From Bacteroidales bacterium (GTDB lineage Bacteria > Bacteroidota > Bacteroidia > Bacteroidales > UBA7332): a stretch of 38,433 nucleotides of DNA. The stretch covers positions 1 to 38,433 of the forward strand of contig JBOFDD010000141.1 of assembly GCA_051646645.1 (NCBI GenBank). Reading direction: 5' to 3'. The first letter of the stretch is position 1. Each line of letters begins with the position of its first letter. The position numbers and the translations under genes were made by a program. The notes under the pieces are model-generated. The model was given only the letters and a program-made list of their open reading frames with translations. It did no database searches and was not told the DNA's origin. Shown here in pieces: positions 17,819 through 24,287 of this stretch.

Positions 17819-17980
17819 TAACCTATTTCACACCTATGATTAATTTCTACCCTGTACAGCTCCTTGTAAGGTGCTGTACATATCCTTTTGGGGTGCTGTA
17901 CATATCCTTTTTGGGTGCTGTACAGATCCTTAATTATTCATACGTTCGAAAAGAATTAATCATAGGTGTGAAATAAGTTA
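17819..17980. repeat. 27-bp inverted repeat pair (17819-17845 / 17954-17980, 26/27 matches) enclosing a 108-bp segment
   Basis: The left arm is TAACCTATTTCACACCTATGATTAATT. The reverse complement of the right arm is TAACTTATTTCACACCTATGATTAATT. Confidence 0.9.
17849..17936 (+). repeat. Four head-to-tail 22-bp direct repeats (iteron-like) with a TGTACA core
   Basis: Units are ACCCTGTACAGCTCCTTGTAAG, GTGCTGTACATATCCTTTTGGG, GTGCTGTACATATCCTTTTTGG and GTGCTGTACAGATCCTTAATTA. TGTACA occurs at 17853, 17875, 17897 and 17919, exactly 22 bp apart. Confidence 0.9.
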
Positions 17981-18131
17981 TTCTCCGGTATGACTGAATT
18001 TATTCAAACGTATATTGCGTCAGCTATATACGTATAAGCTCTGATGGTGTTGCAGATACTTTTCCAACATTATCATCTGCAACGCTATCTGCAGCACCTC
18101 CAGGGACTATCCATGAAGGGTTTATACGTAT

Positions 18132-18151
18132 GTTGCAGATGCATCTGCAAC
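18132..18151. repeat. Perfect 20-bp palindrome GTTGCAGATGCATCTGCAAC
   Basis: Self-complementary. Directly preceded by the palindrome ATACGTAT (18124-18131). The same half-site recurs at 18049-18057 (forward) and 18075-18083 (reverse). Confidence 0.9.
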
Positions 18152-18169
18152 AAATAAAACTTTATTTCA

Positions 18170-18210
18170 TAAGAAAACAGCGGACCTCTCCGGGATTGAA
18201 GAGTCCGCTG
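18170..18210 (-). terminator. Rho-independent terminator-like hairpin after the OM beta-barrel gene pair
   Basis: CAGCGGAC (18178-18185) pairs with GTCCGCTG (18203-18210). On the minus strand the stem is followed by TTTTCTTA. Lies 39 nt past the stop at 18249. Confidence 0.6.
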
Positions 18211-18248
18211 ATAATTCTTTACACATATTATTTCAAGTGCGCTGTATA

Positions 18249-18899
18249 TCAATGAGCATAAAATGAATAGCCAAGCTTCGCATTAAATGAATTATAAAAA
18301 TCTAAGCCGCTTGTAAAAGTTCCGTTATAGGAAAACCCTAACGCGAAACGATCTGTTAGTTTATATTCATAACCTAAAGACAAAACAGCTCCAAAGCCGT
18401 TAGACTTAATATCCCAACTACCTGCTTTTTCCCAGGATCTGATTGTTCCGTTTGTCGTAACATAAAAATCAAGACCTGCATAATCTTCGTAGCCTCTTGA
18501 AAGGTTTACCCCAACTGTTGCGTGCGTGTAGATACGGTGTTTATCAGTCTGAAGAAGGTCATAACCTGCACCGATGCCAATATTCGTTTCCCATAAGTTT
18601 TCTCTCAAACGAATCGTCTTGTCTCCGATTTTAACCATAACCGATTCTGTCATCAGCATTTCTTCAAACGATTCAGAACGGACATGATTATTATTCATAC
18701 ACATTACAGATCCAACCAGGTAGAATCGCTTTGAAAGAAAGAGTTGATTCTCAAACCCAAAATTAAATCCGGCTTTATTCCAGACTTCAGTAAAACGTGT
18801 ATAACCTCCCTGAACAGAGATCTGGTTTTTCATTCCCTGAGCATGCACTGCTCCAAAGCTCAAAATAAGAAATAGAATCAATAGTTTAATTTGGCGCAT
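18249..18899 (-). CDS. Small outer-membrane beta-barrel protein (OmpA-TM / OMP_b-brl-like)
   Basis: Signal peptide MRQIKLLILFLILSFGAVHA/Q. Alternating hydrophobic beta-strand pattern with G/Y/F-rich strands (GAVLSLGYEYKLTDRFALGFSYNGTF). No other domain. Confidence 0.65.
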   Translation of the reverse strand: MRQIKLLILFLILSFGAVHAQGMKNQISVQGGYTRFTEVWNKAGFNFGFENQLFLSKRFYLVGSVMCMNNNHVRSESFEEMLMTESVMVKIGDKTIRLRENLWETNIGIGAGYDLLQTDKHRIYTHATVGVNLSRGYEDYAGLDFYVTTNGTIRSWEKAGSWDIKSNGFGAVLSLGYEYKLTDRFALGFSYNGTFTSGLDFYNSFNAKLGYSFYAH

Positions 18900-18951
18900 A
18901 ATCTTATATTTATCAATTTATTATATCATTTACAACGGGAGATCTTACTGA

Positions 18952-19515
18952 TCAGAACATCGCCCCGATATTAATTAACCCCATAACATTATATTCTTCT
19001 GCTTGATTGAAGTAGAAACGGGCTCCTATACTCCAAACGTCTGTCAGCTTATAGTTATATCCGGCAGATATATTTAACCCGAATACATTTTCATTTTCTG
19101 AGAACCAGTATTGATCCGGTTCATCCTGAATGAATCCTCTTCCAAGCGAAGTCATATTCTTATGTGTGTAATTCACTCCTGCATTCATAAAGGCAAGATG
19201 CTTCGAAGTATTAACAGCAAAAAAGTAAATATTGGGACCTAAAGATATTGTTGATGCTTGTATCTCAACCGATGAATCGGGATAATAATGGCTATAGCGT
19301 GATCCAATCGTTGTTCCGAGATCAAGCCCTGCTCCCCATCTTTTATGAAATTTGTAAACAAAGGAGTTCACATTTGAAAATCCATTTACAAATTCAGAAT
19401 AACTGTATCCGTATCCGGACATCAGCAAAAAAGTCTCATCTTTATCCTCCTGTGCTATGAGAGAAACGTTTGAAATAAGAGTAAATATCAAAAGAGAAAA
19501 AATGTGTTTCATCAT
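18952..19515 (-). CDS. Small outer-membrane beta-barrel protein (paralog-like partner of 18249-18899)
   Basis: Signal peptide MMKHIFSLLIFTLISNVSLIA/Q. Beta-strand periodicity (GLNISAGYNYKLTDVWSIGARFYFN, compare GYEYKLTDRFALG in the neighbour). Terminal ..IGAMF with a C-terminal Phe, typical of OMPs. Confidence 0.65.
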   Translation of the reverse strand: MMKHIFSLLIFTLISNVSLIAQEDKDETFLLMSGYGYSYSEFVNGFSNVNSFVYKFHKRWGAGLDLGTTIGSRYSHYYPDSSVEIQASTISLGPNIYFFAVNTSKHLAFMNAGVNYTHKNMTSLGRGFIQDEPDQYWFSENENVFGLNISAGYNYKLTDVWSIGARFYFNQAEEYNVMGLINIGAMF

Positions 19516-19583
19516 TATACGTTAGAATTTTTTTATTCAATCAATCACTAATATACACCTGAAATTTATATTGCCTCTTTGTG

Positions 19584-19727
19584 CAAAATTAAGCGAAAAT
19601 CCCCATAATCAGGTTTGTAACGCCAGCTTAAAGCTTGTAATGTATATTAGTTAATATATTGATTTGCAAAGCTATAGCGCAAAGTGTGAAAAAGAGTTTC
19701 TTGTAAATAGATAAAACAGCTTTGTAA
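19584..19727 (-). promoter_or_regulatory. Two promoter-like modules upstream of the OM barrel genes, each a -7 box plus two phased TTGTAA repeats
   Basis: CAAAATTA (19584-19591) and CAAAGCTA (19667-19674) are exact reverse complements of TAnnTTTG. TTGTAA occurs at 19615 and 19635 (20 bp apart) and at 19701 and 19722 (21 bp apart). The nearer repeat starts 24 or 27 bp beyond each box. Confidence 0.35.
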
Positions 19728-19752
19728 GGCAATATTATAGCTATAAAATAGA

Positions 19753-21339
19753 TTAGCTTGTTTTCATTTTATCTTCTATAAACAGGATAATATCAGCTCC
19801 TTCGCTGGTCTGCATCTTCTTACGAACAGAGGATCTGCACTTTTGAACGGAATAAATACTTTGTGCCCAAACGGCCGCAATCTCATCCGTTTTAAATCCG
19901 ACGCGCATCAGACAGCATAGTTGAAGTTCTTTCTCGCTCAGACTGGAATAGGAATCACAGAGGTATTTATAAAATCCATTATACAGCTTATCCACATCAT
20001 CGTAAAACCGGGGCCACTCAATTGTAAAGGGATTTTTATCGTCAATTGTCAGTACCTTGTTTAATTTTTCTACAAAGGTTTGATTGGTGTTTATTTGCTG
20101 GTTTTTCAACAATGCAATACGCTTAGTGATCTCAAGGTCGCGAATAATTGTATCTGCTATTGCTGAAGAAGTGCTTCTGTCTTTCTCAACAATTGATTCG
20201 AGAGCTTCGAGCTTTGATTCCAGTTCGAAAATATACAGCCGTTTTTTTCGTCTGTACCAGATGTAAAATGAACATATAAGCAGCGTTGCAAAGAAAAATA
20301 TACTGACAAAAAGAATTATTGAATGCTCAAGCCGGCTATATTTCGTTTTTAGCTTATCAATCTGATAAGTGGCATAAAGCTCATCAGGGGTTCCTTTGCT
20401 CAGGTGAGCCTGAATCTGATCTTTATAAATCAGAGTTCGCTTCAGCTGTATAAGAGCATTCTTTAAATCGCCCTCATGCATATGATATTCCGAATCGATC
20501 AGGTAAAAAGATTGTTGGATATTCAAATTTGATATTTGAGGCAAAAGCTCCCCTAGTTCAATACGGGTGGAGTTTAACTCCTCTTTTTGTCCTGTGTGAA
20601 TATAAATATACATTGCTATCAGTTTATCCATAGCTGCTTTCTCAGGTTCTTTACCCGAAGGAATAGAAGCCAGACAATTCAAAGCCTGATCCCATTTGTC
20701 TTCGTTTAAATAAGCAATAGCCATATTGCGCAATAAGACGGGATAACGCTCATCTGTCCGGTTTATATAAGTATAAAGATATTCAAACAACCTTAGAGAA
20801 CTTTCTGTATCAGATGTATACAGGTAGGTTAAGGCGGCTTGCAGCAAATAGGTTGTATCTGTTTCTCCGCAAGTCAGCTGTCTGAATAATTCCGATGAGA
20901 TTTTCAGATGTTCTGCCGAACTGATAAGGTCATATTCCATAAGATAGATAATTCCGATTTTACTGTGCAAATAAGCAAGCTGTCTTTTATCGCCTAACTT
21001 TTCTGATAACTCGAGCGCCTCACGAAAACAGATAAGGGAAGATTGGTATTCTGCGTATTGCTCATAAACATTTCCGAGAAGTATTAAGCTCTGAAGTTCA
21101 TTCTTCTTGTCGTTTACCTTATTAAAGTATATTACAGCATCGAGCAGCTTTGCCGAATCGCGTTTTAACGACTTACCCATTCGCAAGTCCGCTTCAGTAT
21201 TTCTGAGACAGATATTGAGTTCAGTATTTTCAGTAGCTTGCTTTATCTTTTCATTTGGAAGGCTACCAGCACTAAAGTTATTATCACAACTTTGCATCAG
21301 AATAGAAAAAAGGCACAGAAATAAATAGATGATTCTCAT
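19753..21339 (-). CDS. Membrane-spanning one-component regulator: exported TPR sensor domain, single TM helix, coiled coil, C-terminal LuxR/GerE-type HTH (copy 1)
   Basis: Lipoprotein-like signal MRIIYLFLCLFSILMQSC. TPR-like helical repeats (LLGNVYEQYAEYQSSLICFREALELSEKLGD..). TM helix IILFVSIFFFATLLICSFYIWY followed by RRKKR. HTH LSEKELQLCCLMRVGFKTDEIAAVWAQSIYSVQKCRSSVRKKM. Confidence 0.7.
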   Translation of the reverse strand: MRIIYLFLCLFSILMQSCDNNFSAGSLPNEKIKQATENTELNICLRNTEADLRMGKSLKRDSAKLLDAVIYFNKVNDKKNELQSLILLGNVYEQYAEYQSSLICFREALELSEKLGDKRQLAYLHSKIGIIYLMEYDLISSAEHLKISSELFRQLTCGETDTTYLLQAALTYLYTSDTESSLRLFEYLYTYINRTDERYPVLLRNMAIAYLNEDKWDQALNCLASIPSGKEPEKAAMDKLIAMYIYIHTGQKEELNSTRIELGELLPQISNLNIQQSFYLIDSEYHMHEGDLKNALIQLKRTLIYKDQIQAHLSKGTPDELYATYQIDKLKTKYSRLEHSIILFVSIFFFATLLICSFYIWYRRKKRLYIFELESKLEALESIVEKDRSTSSAIADTIIRDLEITKRIALLKNQQINTNQTFVEKLNKVLTIDDKNPFTIEWPRFYDDVDKLYNGFYKYLCDSYSSLSEKELQLCCLMRVGFKTDEIAAVWAQSIYSVQKCRSSVRKKMQTSEGADIILFIEDKMKTS

Positions 21340-21478
21340 TGATTAGTTGTGTTTAGTTAAGATGTAAAGCGATCATAACAGAGGCTTTGCGGTATTATTA
21401 GTGATCAAAATATCCTTTTTTGGTATATGAATTCATTACAAAGATAGGCATACTTAACAAATATAAGCAAATTAGATA

Positions 21479-21521
21479 TAAAAAAACACAGAACGGTATA
21501 TTGGGGGTATACCATTCTGTG
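21479..21521 (-). terminator. Rho-independent terminator after the zinc-ribbon membrane protein gene
   Basis: CACAGAACGGTATA (21487-21500) pairs with TATACCATTCTGTG (21508-21521). The stem is 14 bp, with one G-U pair in the minus-strand RNA, followed on the minus strand by a T-run (plus-strand A-run 21479-21486). Confidence 0.7.
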
Positions 21522-21552
21522 CTAATGCTGTATGCCGGGGCTTTACAAAGTT

Positions 21553-22281
21553 TTATTTCAGACTGTCTATCTTAAACGAGTAAAAAACTTTGTTTGCGAT
21601 ATTCTGTAAACGCTTATCTTTCTGATCATAACAGATTATCAGGTTCCATAGGGTATGATTCCGGATAACAATCATCTCTTTACGCTGATAATGTTCGCCT
21701 GTTTTATCTCCATAATTGCAGGTCTGAACACCATATAACATATCATCCTTCTCATAAATATCCCGGTCACTCATCTCTACATTAGTTCCGGTCATAGACT
21801 TAAGTTCATTGAAAGAACCATCCAGAGCTCCTTCCATAGAAAGAGAATCAACCTGAGGCTTGTATTCGATTTCAACAAGGGAAATTGACAGATTCCGTTT
21901 AATGTAGGTAAAGTGCGAGCTTTTTTCGATAATCGATTTCAGCTCCGGATCAATAGCCGGCTTCGTTTCCGTCAAGTGTACAGGCAATTCTATAGATACT
22001 CCCATAGGAAAAACCTGCATATGCCAGTCTGTTAGCTGATCAACGGGAACAACCTGTGCAACAGGATCTTTTACACCCTCATGTTCTTTAAAAAGGGAAA
22101 ATGCATAAGAGCCAACCAGATAGGTGATGAATAATGCCACAAAAAGAATCAACCAAAAGCGCGGGTCTTTCGAGTTAAACCGATGGTGTTTGGATTCAAT
22201 CGGAGCTTGACAACTTTGACAGGACTTCGAATCGGATGAATTCACCGTTCCGCAATTAGGACAGATTACATTTTTCGGCAT
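21553..22281 (-). CDS. Hypothetical membrane protein: N-terminal zinc ribbon, one TM helix, extracytoplasmic domain of unknown function
   Basis: CPNCGTVNSSDSKSCQSC (CxxC..CxxC), TM helix FWLILFVALFITYLVGSYAFSLF, then a ~170-aa domain with no motif I recognise. Confidence 0.55.
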   Translation of the reverse strand: MPKNVICPNCGTVNSSDSKSCQSCQAPIESKHHRFNSKDPRFWLILFVALFITYLVGSYAFSLFKEHEGVKDPVAQVVPVDQLTDWHMQVFPMGVSIELPVHLTETKPAIDPELKSIIEKSSHFTYIKRNLSISLVEIEYKPQVDSLSMEGALDGSFNELKSMTGTNVEMSDRDIYEKDDMLYGVQTCNYGDKTGEHYQRKEMIVIRNHTLWNLIICYDQKDKRLQNIANKVFYSFKIDSLK

Positions 22282-22364
22282 AATATTCTTATTTGATTTA
22301 CTTATACAATAGTGATACTTTGAGATATCAGGATAAACAAATTAAACATTAGGGTTGTTTTGAA

Positions 22365-23234
22365 TCACAACTCTTTCAGATTAATATCTTTTTTATCTAT
22401 GTAGTTCGGAAAACGGAATGAAGGCATACCCATCGCCATAGCAGCATGTATAGTACCATCAAGCCCTAACAATTCAGCCAGTTTATCACCGCCGGATTGT
22501 TTGGTTGCTGAATAAACAAAACCCATATAAAACTGACTGACACCCAGACTTTCTGCCATTAATGAAGCATTCTGGTAAGACAGATTACAGTCTATGATCC
22601 CAAAACGATTCTTTTTGGGTGTGTAGATGATTAAAGCCGAAGTAGCCCCACGCATTATCATATCATTACCCTGTGCATACTGTTCTTCCAACGCTTTGAA
22701 AGTAGGAACATACTTATATGCATCAGGCATTACCCTCTTCAGTATGGGTTTCAATAAAGGATTCTCTAATTTCTTTATTGCTTTACCAAAGATATCGAGA
22801 GTAAATTCAGACATAAGTCTGATCTTCTCCGGGTCAGTGACCAAAAGAAAAGATACTTGCTGAATATTGCTGGCTGTAGGTGCTCGGTGTGCTGCTTCAA
22901 TAATCTGATCATGATATTCTTTCGGAACGGGTTTCTTTGAAAAAGCACGATTTGAACGTCTTGCCTTGCAAAGGAGCATCACCTGTTCGGGTGTTGGCAT
23001 CTGGCTATAGTCTATCGGATGGACTTTCTCTTCGGGGAACACAGAATGAATAACCGATTTAGTCGGACAAACAGCTACACAGTGTCCGCACGAAATGCAA
23101 TTTTCAATAGCTTCCGGAGTTACAATTGAGTCTTTTGACTCCTGAACAAATATCTTAACCGGGCAAACACGAACACACTTACCACATTTAATACAAGTAG
23201 TCTGATCAACTGATAAGCTCAAATTTTTATCCAT
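22365..23234 (-). CDS. Ferredoxin-fused nitroreductase family protein (2x [4Fe-4S] + nitroreductase domain)
   Basis: CIKCGKCVRVCP and CISCGHCVAVCP cluster motifs, followed by the nitroreductase signature RRSNRAFSKKPVP and a flavin-binding-type C-terminal half. Confidence 0.8.
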   Translation of the reverse strand: MDKNLSLSVDQTTCIKCGKCVRVCPVKIFVQESKDSIVTPEAIENCISCGHCVAVCPTKSVIHSVFPEEKVHPIDYSQMPTPEQVMLLCKARRSNRAFSKKPVPKEYHDQIIEAAHRAPTASNIQQVSFLLVTDPEKIRLMSEFTLDIFGKAIKKLENPLLKPILKRVMPDAYKYVPTFKALEEQYAQGNDMIMRGATSALIIYTPKKNRFGIIDCNLSYQNASLMAESLGVSQFYMGFVYSATKQSGGDKLAELLGLDGTIHAAMAMGMPSFRFPNYIDKKDINLKEL

Positions 23235-23246
23235 AATTATAATTAT

Positions 23247-23774
23247 TTATTCCAGTCCAAACGCTGATGTATATACTATCGTTCCTTGTTTATCCGAAAG
23301 CGCACCTTTTGATAATTCTATCCCCATACAATATTCATCGGGTACATCAAATGGCATTGTTATTCCAAACGGCGAAAGTTCTTTGTATCCGAATCGCGGA
23401 TAATATTCAGGATGTCCGAGAAGAATTACCGACTCAAATCCCAGCTCTTTCGCTTTTGCATGCGATGAATTAACAAGAACAGAACCAACTCCCATATGCT
23501 GATAGTGCGGATCTACGGCTACAGGGGCTAATGCCAGTGTGGGATGAACACCTCCGATTGTTATGGGAGTTAACAGAATATATCCGATAACACGTCCTTC
23601 CGCTGTGGTTGCAACTAAAGCGAGGTCTTCGAGAAACTCCGGAGCTCTGCGAAGGCGTTCGATCAGATACTGTTCCTGATGATCGCTGTGCGGTTCATTT
23701 CTGAACGCAGATTCTACAATCTCTGAAATTATTGCGTAATCATCGGGTGTTTCTTTCCGTATACAAATATCCAT
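23247..23774 (-). CDS. GNAT-family N-acetyltransferase
   Basis: 175 aa. Acetyl-CoA motif A VDPHYQHMGVGSVLV, then ..LGHPEYYPRFGY, typical of small GNATs. Confidence 0.8.
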   Translation of the reverse strand: MDICIRKETPDDYAIISEIVESAFRNEPHSDHQEQYLIERLRRAPEFLEDLALVATTAEGRVIGYILLTPITIGGVHPTLALAPVAVDPHYQHMGVGSVLVNSSHAKAKELGFESVILLGHPEYYPRFGYKELSPFGITMPFDVPDEYCMGIELSKGALSDKQGTIVYTSAFGLE

Positions 23775-23777
23775 AAA

Positions 23778-24140
23778 TTATTTATTTAGAAGTTTTGCAG
23801 CCCACTCCTCTTCTTTAAATCCAACAAGGACGGTATTTCCGCAAATCAGTACAGGTCTTTTTACCAATTTACCTTCAGTAGCAAGAAGGGCAAGCAGGTT
23901 GTCCTGCGTTTCTTTCTTTACTACGTCTTTCAATCCAAGCTCTTTGTATCTGACTCCGCTTGTATTGAAGAATTTATTTACAGGCAATCCACTTTTGGGA
24001 ATCCAGGTCTTCAACTCATCTTCTGATGGATTCTGCGTAATAATATCACGACTTTCTACATCAATACCATTTGCTTTTAACCATTTAGCCGCTTTCTGAC
24101 ATGTTCCGCACTTTGTGTATTGGATAAATAATGGTTTCAT
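23778..24140 (-). CDS. ArsC/Spx/YffB-family thioredoxin-fold protein
   Basis: 120 aa. N-terminal YTKCGTCQKAAKWLKANGI and C-terminal LVKRPVLI are characteristic of the ArsC-family fold. First gene of a tightly spaced three-gene operon (gaps of 3 and 12 nt). Confidence 0.75.
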   Translation of the reverse strand: MKPLFIQYTKCGTCQKAAKWLKANGIDVESRDIITQNPSEDELKTWIPKSGLPVNKFFNTSGVRYKELGLKDVVKKETQDNLLALLATEGKLVKRPVLICGNTVLVGFKEEEWAAKLLNK

Positions 24141-24162
24141 AGTTAAATCTTTATTTTTATAA

Positions 24163-24170
24163 CAAACATA
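24163..24170 (-). promoter_or_regulatory. Candidate -7 promoter box for the arsC-like / GNAT / nitroreductase operon
   Basis: CAAACATA is the reverse complement of TATGTTTG, an exact TAnnTTTG match, 22 nt upstream of the start at 24140. Confidence 0.4.
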
Positions 24171-24287
24171 ACAATTTTCAGATTGAAATCATATGAATCA
24201 AAAACAAAACTATCCGTATATATGTATTTTATTGTAACAAAAATAACTATCTTGCGCCAAAACCCATACACCCATAAATCTCTAACA

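Noticed and set aside
17849-17936. Possible mini-CRISPR array
   Set aside because: The 22-bp units are directly abutting with no spacers, they are shorter than CRISPR repeats, and no cas genes are present in the window.
18044-18157. 37-codon Cys-rich ORF (MVLQILFQHYHLQRYLQHLQGLSMKGLYVCCRCICNK) in the repeat-rich gap
   Set aside because: Its unusual composition is a direct by-product of translating the GTTGCAGAT/ATCTGCAAC palindromes. There is no promoter box or convincing start context. It is worth only a glance in ribosome-profiling data.
17500-18250. Chromosomal or plasmid replication origin (iterons plus DnaA boxes), or a classic Bacteroides invertible promoter
   Set aside because: I found no good TTATCCACA-type DnaA box and no rep, dnaA or par gene. 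The segment enclosed by the 27-bp inverted repeats contains no TAnnTTTG promoter box on either strand, and both flanking genes point toward it and end before it. The structure is still reported as a finding, but without these specific labels.
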